A stretch of DNA of 64,000 nt from Asterias rubens (lineage: Eukaryota), in the NCBI RefSeq assembly GCF_902459465.1, contig NC_047062.1, positions 24,118,001 through 24,182,000 on the forward strand, in the 5' to 3' direction. The notes beneath the pieces were generated by a model. That model was not told the DNA's origin, did not search any database, and saw only the letters and a list, made by a program, of their open reading frames with translations. Below, piece by piece: positions 1 to 11,578 of this stretch; position 1 is the first letter of the stretch, and every line of letters begins with the position of its first letter. Position numbers and translations under genes: made by a program.

Positions 1-593
1 ATTTAAAATGTAAAATTGACAAACCTATAACCTTCAGCCAGATTTGGGCTGAATCAGTCTCTTAATATTCTAGTTATGTCAATGGGAGTATTATTTCAGG
101 GGGAAAACGGCGGCCATTTTGTTTTTGACCCAAAAAAGCACTTTTGCCGGGTCAAAATGTTATACACCACCCTGATTCATGATCAGCACGTCTTACCGCA
201 CATTTTCATGTAAAAATATTACGGGGAGCAAATAGTGTAAGGTAAAATAGTTTTAAAGCATTTTTGGCACTGTGGAGCCTAGACTATGTACTTATGATTT
301 GTCCATAGACTTTGTACACAAAACCCCTTGTGGAGCACCCCGGTCGTTATATATATCCATATGGAGTCCTTTTATTTTTCGTTTTTTGTTTTGTCCTTGG
401 TGTCCAGAAGGTACCGAGTATGAGAGCATCCACACCAGCAAACAAAAACCCAAATTCAAAATAACTACTGAATTTGATAATGAACTTGAATCACATTCAA
501 CGGAATTTTTTTTTTTGATAAAACGAGGATAACAAAGTTATAAGTCAAATGTTAGATAATAAACTTGACAGCTCACGATTAACTGTACATTAA

Positions 594-963
594 AAGACAG
601 TGGACACTATTGGTAATTGTCAAAGACCAGTCTTCTCTACTATGGTGTATCTCAACATATGCATACAATAATAAACCTGCAAAAATTTGGTCGTCAAAGT
701 TGCGAGATAATAATGAAAGAAAAACACCCTTGTCACACGAAGTTGTGTGCTTTTAGATGGTTGATTTCGAGACCTCAAATTCTAAACTTGAGGTCTCGAA
801 ATCAAATTTGTGAAAAAATACTTCTTTCTCGAAAACTATGTTACTTCAGAGAAAGCCGTTTCTCACAATGTTTTATACCATCAACCTCTCCCCATTACTC
901 ATTACCAAGTAAAGTTTTATCCTTATAATTATTTTGAGTAATTACCAATAGTGTCCACTGTCT
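594..963 (+). mobile_element. Kolobok-like non-autonomous DNA transposon (MITE family A), about 370 bp
   Basis: TIRs AGACAGTGGACACTATTGGTAATT / AATTACCAATAGTGTCCACTGTCT; internal 18-bp-stem hairpin 761-805; at least 12 related copies in the window, most flanked by TTAA with AG...CT termini (Kolobok hallmark). Confidence 0.85.
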
Positions 964-979
964 GAGTACGAAGACTTAC

Positions 980-1074
980 AGTTATGGTCCAGAGGCAGTC
1001 AGAATCCGGCGGATAATCACCTGGATATGCCGGCGAGGTGAGGGTTCCAGACCCACTCAACGATCCCCCACAAA
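980..1074 (-). CDS. Secreted CUB-domain protein, coding exon 2 (first part of CUB: vCGGSLSGSGTLTSPAYPGDYPPDSDCLWTIT); gene continues off the left edge
   Basis: Minus-strand acceptor ttttatcag and donor GTAAGT; phase 1 start matches the upstream exon; canonical CUB motif CGG..SPxYP..Y...C.W.I. Confidence 0.85.
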
Positions 1075-1498
1075 CTGATAAAATACAATATTATAGAATA
1101 ATGTCTTAACTACAAGTAATCAAGTATACAAAGGCCGGTTTTAAGCTAACGAAAACAGGATATTTATTCACTGGTGACGTCACGATCACTTTATCAGGTG
1201 TTGAATTATATTAAATTTTGTTTTGTGTCGATTGTCGAAATATTTGGTTCGTTTGTTATCAATCTTTTGATGGATTTTAATTAATCTAGGTTTATCTTTT
1301 TATTTATTTAATTATTTTGGGTTTTTCCTCCTTTCACTTTTCTTTGTTGCAATACACTCAGTTTGTCCAAGGAATAAATGTAAACAACAATAAGAACCAA
1401 ATATGAATCTTATTTCAGCGATAACCATTCAATTTTTCGTGTTTTTCTCTACTCAATTTATAAATGAAATGAAACGTAAATGACAAGGGAATTCTCAC

Positions 1499-1736
1499 CT
1501 GCTCTCGCGACTTCTCGTAAGTCTTCATCCTGCTCACGGACTATGAATGGTCTGGACTTTCCCTTTTCCACCACCTCCTTTAAGTGTTTGAGAGCCTCAT
1601 CCTCTGTCATCTGGGCCGTGCGTTGTTTCTCTGGCCCGTTGATGCTTCTTGTGGCCAATTCATCCCCATGGACTGATTGGCAGGTCACAGCAAATGCTAC
1701 TAGAATGACAGTAAGGGCCACCGCTGCACACGCCAT
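1499..1736 (-). CDS. Secreted CUB-domain protein, first coding exon (signal peptide MACAAVALTVILVAFAVTCQSVHG plus charged linker)
   Basis: ATG at 1736; hydrophobic signal peptide; donor GTGAGA after 79 codons + 1 nt; splices in frame to 980-1074. Confidence 0.8.
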
Positions 1737-1820
1737 TGTATCTGCAAGACAAACAATTTGGTGCAAGTTTAATTTTTTCGTTCAACAAAACTCGATTAAG
1801 GTTTCACTATATAGTTGTAG

Positions 1821-1828
1821 TTTATATA
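1821..1828 (-). promoter_or_regulatory. Candidate TATA box (TATATAAA) for the CUB-protein gene
   Basis: Motif lies about 85 nt upstream of the ATG on the minus strand; motif evidence only. Confidence 0.3.
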
Positions 1829-2824
1829 AGCATGAGATGCACTTATCTTATGTCGAGGACTCCTTTCCAATCAAACAAGGAGTGATACAAATGAGTAACA
1901 CGATTGGTTAATAGACTTCGAAGAAGATAGTTTTTTTTTAATGTTCATTGTGGAGACAATGTTATGGGTAATTGGTGCAGGTCTCCCACCACCCTATTAA
2001 CAACAAAAAATGAACAATTCCCCAGGACTTCTGAGGGTCAACAACTTTACGGGATAATTGAGTTACAAGACAATGGCCATGAATTAAAAATTCAATGACA
2101 ATAAATACAGGTTATTGAACAATGTTTTAATGGTTATTGGTGCAGCCTCCCACTAAGGACACTAAAAGAACGATTCCCGTGGACTGTTGAGGGTCAACGG
2201 CCCTAAAGAACAATCCAATAATTAAGATATACAATGACCATTAAGCAAAACTTAGATAAGTTAATTGTAGTGCTGAGGTATTCTACATTGTGTTGACAAA
2301 TCCAACTAAATTTCGTTGATTTCAAACTGTGAACCGCCCCTGTGGACCACCTACTGGTTCGGGTCGGAAGATGTATAAGTTTAACTTAAAAAAAAAAACG
2401 CTCGTAGTCGATGAGGCGGATAAAAGGGCTCATTTCATTTCAACGACAACAATTTATTAATTACATGACATTTTTCTAAATTGGTCTATTAGTTTGGAAA
2501 ATGATTCCACATAACTACTACAATACATTTAAAATTAGTTTTTGGCATCCTACTGATAAAGAATCCAGTAACCTTGTAATTTTAATTGCTTGCGCATTAT
2601 CGACTCGTTAAAAAATAAAGATAAGATGTTGCATTAAAAAAACAAATATTTTTTTCAAGTGTACTTAAACTACCGCTGAGACAATTGCTAGTTCTTAATG
2701 GCAAAACAAATCCTTTCAATTTTAGAAGGCTGCATTTAGACGATACTTACTCTTAAAATTGTCAAGTGTGAAATTGAAGTAAGTTTGTCATTTAGAAACA
2801 AGATCTAATCATTCATTGGGTGTG

Positions 2825-2831
2825 TATATAA
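2825..2831 (+). promoter_or_regulatory. Candidate TATA box (TATATAA) for the astacin gene
   Basis: Motif lies about 145 nt upstream of ATG 2975; motif evidence only. Confidence 0.35.
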
Positions 2832-2974
2832 GAACCGAATCAGAGACACGCAGCATTTTCATCGCTGTATTTGAGAGACTTCAAATCGGCAGCTCTAAAA
2901 AAAAAAATTAATCTCGACGGTTAAACTATTTGCTCACCAACAAGAGATAGACGGAGTATTCAACCTTTGGTAAA

Positions 2975-3052
2975 ATGAAGGTTCCATTTCTCATTTTACT
3001 GTGTGTGCTCGCTTCGTCAGACTGGGTTTCAAGTTACTTCACTCCGGAAAAG
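2975..3052 (+). CDS. Astacin metalloprotease (BP10/SpAN/tolloid-like), exon 1: signal peptide MKVPFLILLCVLASSDWVSSYFTPEK
   Basis: ATG, hydrophobic core, phase-0 donor GTAAAA that joins exon 2 in frame. Confidence 0.8.
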
Positions 3053-3823
3053 GTAAAATAAAATCGGAACTAATGTAGGGGCTATACTCACTTGTTAATT
3101 GCTTCTCATGAATCTTAGTTTTGTTTAGATGTTTAAAAGTTTTGTTTAGATGTTTAATGTTTGCAAAGGTAGCCGTGTCACTCACAAACGATCTACGGTA
3201 TTTCATTATATAAGTTCGACTATTATATAAGTCCGGTCTCATGTAATCTGGGACGTCAGTCTACTTGATATCAGATAACTTCTTCGTCTATAAACCTCAA
3301 CACTCCTTTATCAACTTGTCTTTGTAGGTTTTTGTTCGTATTTTACTTTGTAGATCAGTGACTATATGTATTAGGCCTTTTGGTTTCATTCAAATACTTA
3401 TTTGCTTCTTAAATTTTACCATTTCAAACATTTCTCTTCGGGTTGAAATAAATTCCTGAAATGAAAGATGGTCACCATTATGAACATGCAGGACATGGGG
3501 CATTATTATTTGTTCACATTTCCCTCGTGTGTTTCTTTTGTAATCAGACGACAACGTTGGGGGGGGGGGGGGTTAGACCTTTATCACGATGCAGCCATCT
3601 TAATTTTCTCCCATTTATATCAATGTTACTAAACCGAGGCTGGAATAACAAACTGGTATGTTTACTAATTGCAGAGTGATTGTTAGCATTCATTATTGTT
3701 ATTCGATACCAATGACCAAGATGGAGGCAGCATGATAAAGGTTTAAAGCAGTTAAAAAAATAAGTTGCATACATTTAATTGCCAAGTTCCATGTACCTAA
3801 AATTGTGTATTTTTTTCCCAAAG

Positions 3824-4046
3824 CGAGGTGATGGAGATGGGCAAGGTAAAGTGAAGCAACTACCAGAGGAGAATCCTAGTAGCGACACGTACCAGTCTGA
3901 TATGAAGGTTGCACCTGCACAAAAGAGAGAGATCGATGCTCAAATTGAAGACAATAAGACGGGACGGAAAAGGAGAAAAGCCTTGGCTGATTTGTCTACC
4001 CGATGGCCCGGAGGTGTTGTCCCTTACGTCATTAATCTTGACTCAG
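3824..4046 (+). CDS. Astacin exon 2: pro-peptide, RKRR furin site, start of catalytic domain (KALADLSTRWPGGVVPYVI)
   Basis: Acceptor tttcccaaag; RWPxxVVPY astacin N-terminal motif; phase 0 to 1. Confidence 0.92.
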
Positions 4047-4613
4047 GTAAAAAGTCAACGTTGCTATTATTACACACTATAATCGGCATTAGTACATGCT
4101 TTTGTTGTGCTTTTTGTTTACTAATTTATTTGTATGTTGGGGTGAGTGATTTTTGTATTTCATTTTTTACATACCTACATTTGTGTATGTGATAACACAT
4201 TAAGCTCCTCTGTTTGGTAAGCCAATATTGATAGCCTATACGCCTGACATGCAATTTAGGTCCAGCATAGGAATAACCACCAGGAAATTAAGTCAACCCA
4301 TTAAGACGCTTTTTGTTCATGAACACTGCTACCCGGCTGATTCCGGCCGTTAATTTAACTACCTTATAAGTATAACATAATCATCTCACCGAGGAGTATT
4401 ATGGGAGCACATCCAATCACAAAAGCCATCACCCCTGCCTCTCACCCATTCTTCCCATGAGTGTCATGGCTGGGATTCGAGCCAACACCTAGATGACATT
4501 CATTTCGTATATAGCTTGATGAATGCATACTCCAAACACTCAATAGTTTATTGATGCACCATTTTATTTGATATATTGATATGTATATTTGTTTATTTAT
4601 TTTTTACTCCTAG

Positions 4614-4734
4614 TTGATAATTTAAAGGTTATTACGAGTGCATTTGACCTTTGGGAGGCCGAGACATGCATCAAGTTCGAGGCTTACGACGCAAGCAAAC
4701 ATGACGTCCACCTGGTGTTCAGAAAACTAGACGG
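4614..4734 (+). CDS. Astacin exon 3 (AFDLWEAETCIKF)
   Basis: Acceptor ctcctag; astacin WExxTCIxF motif; phase 1 to 2. Confidence 0.93.
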
Positions 4735-5070
4735 GTATACAAAGAAGTATTTTGTTTATTGTTGTGTTTTGGAAAACTTAGAAACTAACTCGCAGCGATC
4801 TGATAATTTCACAGAAGCTCCAGAAACAAACAAAAACGATGACTGTGTACTGGTTAATAATTGGGCTTTGTATGTTTTGGCTTTAGCGTGAAGTCACTTG
4901 TAAAGGATAAAATTGCCGTGTTAAAATAATAAAATAAAAAACGTAGAACGGGCCTAAAAGACATACCCCCCCCCTCCCTCATCAACAAACCTTAGATCAT
5001 TTTTCAAAACACATAATCTTAAGAAAGGAAGAAGGTGAAACTCAAATAAAGTACTAAACTTCTTTTTCAG

Positions 5071-5140
5071 ATGTTGGAGTTGGGTCGGAATGCAGAGAAC
5101 AACAGAGCAGGAGATCTCAATTGGTTCAGGATGTGAATAC
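5071..5140 (+). CDS. Astacin exon 4 (gCWSWVGMQRTTEQEISIGSGCEY); not in the ORF track
   Basis: Acceptor ctttttcag, donor GTGAGG; GCWSxVG...ISIGxGC motif; phase 2 to 0. Confidence 0.93.
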
Positions 5141-5361
5141 GTGAGGACATGTTTTTTCTTCATATTTTTGAATATTTTTTTTTCTTCAGGTTATGCGAGG
5201 TGGATAATTAGCGCGATTTAAATTTCTAATAATTGTCGTGAATATTAATGAAAACAAGTACTTCATCCAGAATAAATGGCAAAATTACCCAAAATAATAA
5301 ACACCCAAAAGCATTGTACTATTAGTCATTGTTTTCTCATGTTAAATTCTACGTTTTACAG

Positions 5362-5562
5362 ATTGGTACCATCGCTCATGAGATCGGACACGCCATAGGA
5401 TTTCACCATGAGCAGTCCAGGCCAGACCGAGACGAGTACATTAGCGTCGTGTATGCAAATGTGCAGGACAACAGGGTGTCCAACTTTGACAAGTACGAGG
5501 CTTCAATCAGCAACTATGGTGTTCCATATGACACAAAATCAATTATGCAGTATGACAAAAAC
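5362..5562 (+). CDS. Astacin exon 5: zinc-binding HEIGHAIGFHHEQSRPDRD and Met-turn SIMQY
   Basis: Astacin signature HExxHxxGFxHExxRxDR; acceptor ttttacag, donor GTAAGT; phase 0 to 0. Confidence 0.97.
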
Positions 5563-5838
5563 GTAAGTGTGAAGAAACTCACCACACATTACAAACACCA
5601 TTTTGAACAGAAGGCTTTTCAGATGAAATCACACGAACTGAAGGTGGGTCTAGGCCCATTGCCGCATAATATTTGAGAGGCAACACTATAGGTCCTAACA
5701 TTATTTTTACTGTGCCTTGTTAACCCGAGTTTATCACATCACTTATAAAAACAAACGTCTTCCACTATTAGATCAAACTGATTTGTTGATGATGAATCTA
5801 GCATGTTGAGGATTTGCATTTTCTGTTTTGTTGCACAG

Positions 5839-5965
5839 TACTTTTCCAAAACTGGCTTGCCAACCATGACCACCAAGAAAGTCTTGGACCAGTTTGATCT
5901 CGGGCAACGGCAATATTTGTCATTTTATGATTCTCTCCTGGCAAATCGTATGTACGAATGCGAAT
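5839..5965 (+). CDS. Astacin exon 6: end of catalytic domain (FSKTGLPTM...GQRQYLSFYD...ANRMYEC)
   Basis: GQRxxLSxxD and NxxYxC motifs; canonical splice sites; phase 0 to 1. Confidence 0.93.
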
Positions 5966-7148
5966 GTAAGTATGTGTTCTTTGGTTTAACTAGGGGCCCT
6001 TGTAGAATTATTATGTATACGACTCATAAAACGTTTGGTAATAATTTTTACAAAATTAATATTTGTGCAACATTTGTTGAACGGCCTACAGCAACCCCCG
6101 ATAAGCATTAGAATCATTTTACTTCCAGAAATGTGGTTGAAGAAAAGGATATAAGTTTTATTTAAAAAAAAATTATCTGAGAAACATTAAGGCCTAGGCC
6201 TACTGCTGCAGGAACAATAACTCTTTTTTCAAGTTGTGTATTCCAATTACGGATTGACGCTTCAACCTCTCCGGATTTTTTAAAAAGCCTGACATCTAAA
6301 AAGCAATACCAGATTTATAAAGGCTGTATCAACATTGAAACAGGATATTTAACTGTTCAAAAAGGTTGGCCTATACGTTCCCTTTTAAACGCCCACACAG
6401 AGAACAGGGACGGCCATACCACTCATATAAAAAAACAACACCATGCAGCACTCATTTCGTCCAACAGTCACACGAAAAAGTGAGGGAAAAGTCTCTAAAA
6501 TTCCCAGCTCGCAATGTCAAGAACATTCTAAACTCACCTTTCGGTTGTACTTTGTCATGTCCAAGCCATTTTACTTCAATGCTTAAGTTTTATTAACTCA
6601 AAAGTGTTTATTTCAAAGTTGCAGCAACAAAATGACACACAATAATTACACGGACAACGTGAAAGTTCACTTTTACAACATGGCGCTTCGTGGTCACGTG
6701 GTCTCTTTGTTTTTGAGAGAGCGCCCTCTTGTGTTTTTGACGTTTAAGTCGGCGTCGCGGTAGAACAGACTACATCAAAAGGCCTACCTCATAAAAAATA
6801 GACCGAATTGCAAACATATGAATATGAAACACAAGGAAATCTTCTTGCTTTTTGTAACTTTTCACTTACTCTATAAAAAAAACCTCTTGTGTAGACAGGA
6901 AAGTGAAAACATCAACGCAATTTGTTATCAACCAAACTGGTTCTGATTCTGCAAAATTTATTCAAGAAGTTAGAAGAAAAAACAAGATAATTTTTTTTTG
7001 TGCGTGGTCACAAGTGGAAAGAATACTTGCAATACTCAAGAATGGAGGTAGGAAATATCCATGACTCAAGCAAGTATTTAAAACTGTACTTTTAGAACCC
7101 AAATCGCATCCACAATTTTGACCAATTGAACCTTCTTTTTTTCATCAG

Positions 7149-7384
7149 CTGATTGTAATGCTGCCCTTACCTGTGAGAATGGTGGTTATGAGATAGAGTT
7201 GGTTGGTGTCTGCAAATGCGTATGTCCCCCTGGCTACGCTGGTGTTAAATGTGAAGAGGACGAAACCGCTGCGTTAGAAAACCCCAGATGTAGGACTACA
7301 CTGACTGAAACAACAGGAGTGATTCAATCGCCCAATTACCCTTCTAACTACGATAATAACGAGAAGTGCGCATGGTTGATCCAG
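7149..7384 (+). CDS. Astacin exon 7: EGF-like domain and first part of CUB1
   Basis: CENGG...CKCVCPPGYAGVKC; GVIQSPNYPSNYDNNEKCAWLIQ; phase 1 to 0. Confidence 0.93.
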
Positions 7385-8155
7385 GTAAGCGTTATACAAC
7401 ATCCTTTATGTTATTATTGTAATATTTCTGTTGATGAAACCAAGGGTGCATCTAAATTTACTGTAGCTCGCAAGCCTGGGATGGGAAGACTGTGCTAAAC
7501 GCCGGGATTTACTCCTTAGTATTTCTAGGCTTTTGGGCTTCTGGCGATGTTCTGGGCTTTAATATGCACATGGACCGACGGATGCATTTCCTATCTGAAA
7601 ATAAAGCACAAGTAGCACGACAGGGACTCGAACCCACACCTGCTGACCAGAACACCACCTGAGCGCGAGCCAGCTGCCTTATTCACAAGTCAGCCGTCTT
7701 TAACAAAAGGTTGCTAAGCACACCAAAAGTATGCTTACCACAGTTTGGTTCCAGCCAAAATACAATGTCACATGCACCATTGTGACTGGTATCCTGCTTT
7801 AACAAAATTAAGCAGACAATATTATTGTTAGTTATATTTTCTGCTTAAGAAGCGCCAGAAAAGTGGGCCCTGGTGATACAAACGTTTTAGCATGCATATG
7901 GCAATATTATTAATAAAGTTTATCTAAAAGTGCGCAACTAATTCGTCTCAATACGGACGGAGCTGCGCATCACTCACCTTTTCGTTGTGAATGTCAAAAA
8001 TTAACACAAAAACAGAGTTATTTTGTCAGACCATTCGATATTATTATGCATGTCTTTAAGTTACAGCCGCACCATCACATTCAACAGGTGTACTCACTAT
8101 GAGCTGCAAAATGGTGTTATTAAATCTTCTCTTTTATTTTGTTTCTCGATTCCAG

Positions 8156-8274
8156 GGTGGTGAAGGAACGACCATAACTTTAACCATTGATGTTCTCGAC
8201 GTGGAAGACGCTTCCCATTGTATCTACGATTCACTTTATGTGTATGATGATAGTATGTTTTACACCACCAAAAA
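8156..8274 (+). CDS. Astacin exon 8: CUB1 middle (ITLTIDVLDVEDASHCIYDSLYVYD); not in the ORF track
   Basis: Acceptor ttccag, donor GTAAGA; CUB CxYDxL motif; phase 0 to 2. Confidence 0.9.
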
Positions 8275-8735
8275 GTAAGAACATCATGCATGGCTGAAAA
8301 TGAATGAACTAGTTATAATTTAGTTATCAATATATAAAATAACGTTAAATTCAGCTCATCTGATGATTTGTTTCTAAAAAGTACACATGAACAATAACAT
8401 TATTTTTGATATCATGTTGTTTCTAAGAAAATTTGTTCGTCCTATATAAAACAAAAAATAAACAATTTGGAGGAAACTGAAGAATGTCAATGGTTTGACT
8501 TGAAAAGATTGGTTTTGTACAGCTGTTATTAATTTACCTGTCAAATTTAGCAATTTATAACACAAAATGGTCGTGTTGTCATTTTAGCCTTTGAGAAAGA
8601 CTCTGGGTCGAAACGTTAGGCCATTAACTTTTTTTCTGATTTGTTTTTTCTTTCATTTATAACATCGGTCCTTTTGGTTGGTAAGTTCTTTGCAACAGCT
8701 AATTCTATTTACCCGTTTTATTTTGTGATGTCTAG

Positions 8736-8860
8736 GTTGTGTGGTTCAACACCCCCTGCATCTCCAATAACATCAAAGTCCAATCAGATGATGCTCTATC
8801 TGCATACGGACGAATCTGAAGCCAGGAAAGGGTTTAGTGCCAGCTACGTCATCAATCCAT
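8736..8860 (+). CDS. Astacin exon 9: CUB1 C-terminus (LCGSTPP...GFSASY); read-through of the donor stops at 8871
   Basis: Acceptor tctag; CG, TD and GFxAxY CUB motifs; phase-1 donor GTGCGC is compatible with the exon at 10709. Confidence 0.85.
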
Positions 8861-9912
8861 GTGCGCATTAATTAAAGCCTTTTTCTTAGTGCTAATAGGT
8901 TCTTTTTAGTTTTTTTTCCCCTTCTTTTCTTTTTGGTAAAGGTATTATACAGGATTGGTATAACCCTCTAGTCCCTGCACCGCCCGAGTTTGCCGAAATA
9001 ATTTTGTTTTTCTTTTCACGATTCTTGCAGTAACTTTACTGAAATCGTAGTTCAAGTTTTTTAAAGATAGCCAAGGCTTATTATTTATAATTAAACGCAA
9101 AATTTTTTACCCTTTCGGTAATATTTGTACAAGTCCTCATTGGGGAACAATAAAAACCCCTACCGTAATATTTATGGCGATTATTTTTGTATAATGATAA
9201 AATGGATACAATAGCTTGTCAAGGCTTTTATCTGGCTCAATGCTGATTATTTGCGAAGGCATAAGTTTTCGACAATATCACCATGAATGATAAATACAGT
9301 TTCCTTTGTGTTTACTAATAAGCGTTTTGTTGGGTAAGTGCTAAATTATTTCATCATCATTAGCGTCGTCAAGTCAACTGTGAAGAGAAAAATGAATAAT
9401 GATCTATAAACAACTAGATGGATTCACCAATGCGTAGGCATACTATTGACTACCTAGTTTTATTTTGATGTTTCTTATTTTCTACAAACAAAAGCTAACG
9501 CGAGGTTTCCTCCTACCGCATAATACAGTGTATCGCTTTAGGTGGCTGGGCGGTCCAGTGGCTAAATGGATAAGACAAAATACACAAAATTGTTTAATTT
9601 TAAGCCGAAAGGTGATTACTGATTAGGCCTACTAGAACCTCTGGAAATGAATTGATATTTTGAGAAAACAATAATCTGATACCCGAAAAATGCAGCTTAT
9701 TAATTGATTAAGGACAATTTGTTTACATGCATGCAACTTATTGTGCATGGATTTTTTTCTCTTGTTTTTTCTCCGGACTCACGTCAGGTGTTGTTTGATA
9801 TGTTGTGGTTAATCACCGAAAAACATGAACACTGTCAGCGCCTATTAATCAGCTCTACCAAACCTGTATAATACCTTCAACTTCTTTATTAATAACCATC
9901 TTATTTTCTTAA

Positions 9913-10297
9913 AGACACTGGACACTATTGATAACTGTCACAGACCAGTCTTCTCACTTGGTGTATCTCAACATATTTTTATGCATAAAATAATAAACCT
10001 GTGAAAATTTGAGCTCGATTGGTCGTCGGATTTGCGAGATAATGTAAGAAGAAGAAAAAACACCCTTGTCACACAAAGTTGTGTGCTTTCAGATGCTTGA
10101 TTTCGGGACCTCAAATTCTAAACTTGAGGTCTCGAAATCAAATTTGTGGAAAATTACTTCTTTCTCGAAAACTACGTCAGTTCAAAGAGCCGTTTCTCAC
10201 AATGTTGTATACTATCAACCTCTCCACTTTACTCGTTACCAAGTAAGGTTTCATGCTAATAATTATTTTGAGTAATTACCAATAGTCTCCACTGGTT
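9913..10297 (+). mobile_element. MITE family A copy
   Basis: TTAA on both sides, TIRs, internal hairpin. Confidence 0.85.
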
Positions 10298-10708
10298 TTA
10301 ATCCTCAAGTTAGTCTTTTTCTTGAATGAGTACTCCCATCAACCTCTATAGAGTCAATGATCCTGGATCTGCCAATGCATAGACGCAAACTCAGCGCAAG
10401 AGTCAAAGTTGCATGAATTGCATGGATAATTCAGCGTCGAATTAGCATGATTTTTCTTTTGGGGTTTCTGGTACTTTTACTGACGACTTGACATGACAAC
10501 AGAAAATGAGTTTTGAAATAGTTTATTGATCTTACCAAAAGAAAAAAAATAATGTTAATCATGAAACTTTTTAGTTAGTTACTTGAAACACAAGGAATGT
10601 TTTCCTCGTCGTCGGTCGATCATCTTCGATTATAATTTTCTTCTTGGGAAACTAGTGATGATAATATTCATTCAGCCATAAATCCTCTGCTCCTTCATTA
10701 ACATGCAG

Positions 10709-10806
10709 GTGAAGGAGTATGCGGAGGAACAATGAGTGGGGATTCTGGTTGCCTTGCACCGCCCAGCAGTGGTGCTGATGGTAATGACTGTACCTGGACA
10801 ATCCAG
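10709..10806 (+). CDS. Astacin exon 10: CUB2 N-terminus (cEGVCGGTMSGDSGCLAPPSSGADGNDCTWTIQ); not in the ORF track
   Basis: Acceptor acatgcag, donor GTATGG; CGG...C.W.I pattern; phase 1 to 0, as in the other CUB first exons. Confidence 0.8.
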
Positions 10807-11468
10807 GTATGGCCCACCATTCATATAAACTCAATTCAACTTCAATTCAGTTATGTTTTTATTCGTCTTACCTCGGTTCGCACATAAAATTTATATCACA
10901 AATTCACATATTATTTAAACGAGACAGTAAAATGAATTTCATATAAGGGCCTAAACCTCATGTTTTACTTACATAGAAAGGGCCTTGTTTTATGCTATTG
11001 AAGGGGCACACAAAATTTCCATTTCAATCAAGGGCAATTTAAATTTGAACGTGTGGAACATTGAAAAGGGCACCACAGCAAAAGCACACGGGGCACCATG
11101 GAATTTGCTGGGGGTGCCATGGGGTATTTCGAGGTCTATATTTAGGCATTTATCTTTATAGGGCACTTCCCATGTTGCATTGTTATTACACTTTAGCCTA
11201 CTATTTAATCAAAAGTGAAAGTTCCCCAGATCAAGTATTAATTTGTGCGCAGTGCCTCACCTGCAGTGGGACAAAAACATTTTTCATCTTGGTTGACAAA
11301 AATCCGAAACTCTACACCCCCTTCAAAGCTATATAACACTGACTCTCTACCGCAACCAACCTTATACCCTATTCATGTCAGTTTGTTGGGAATGTCATTT
11401 CGTTCCGTGTGTCTAACTTATTTTAACCCATTTTTATGCATGCTTTTTTCCGTTCACTGCAACATCAG

Positions 11469-11578
11469 GTTGGTGAAGGGTTTCACGTTGCTTTGGATAT
11501 CTTTGAATTAGACCTAAATTGCAACAGCGAGTCCCTTGCAGTTTCCCTATCAGAGGGTGCACTTGTCCGACCGGCCAT
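11469..11578 (+). CDS. Astacin exon 11: CUB2 middle (VGEGFHVALDIFELDLNCNSESLAVSLSEGALVRPA)
   Basis: Acceptor catcag, donor GTAAGT; phase 0 to 2, mirroring exon 8. Confidence 0.78.

Noticed and set aside
1-290. Possible right end of a DNA transposon at the window edge (...GCATTTTTGGCACTGTG)
   Set aside because: The other end is outside the window, so no TIR or target duplication can be verified.
617-928. Recurrent ORFs such as ...LISRPQILNLRSRNQI... and MLDFETSNSK... (also 10066, 25864, 25932, 30116, 30704, 47260, 51312)
   Set aside because: These are chance translations of the non-coding family A MITE; there are no transposase motifs.
1480-1911. 143-aa plus-strand ORF
   Set aside because: It is the antisense shadow of the signal-peptide exon on the minus strand.
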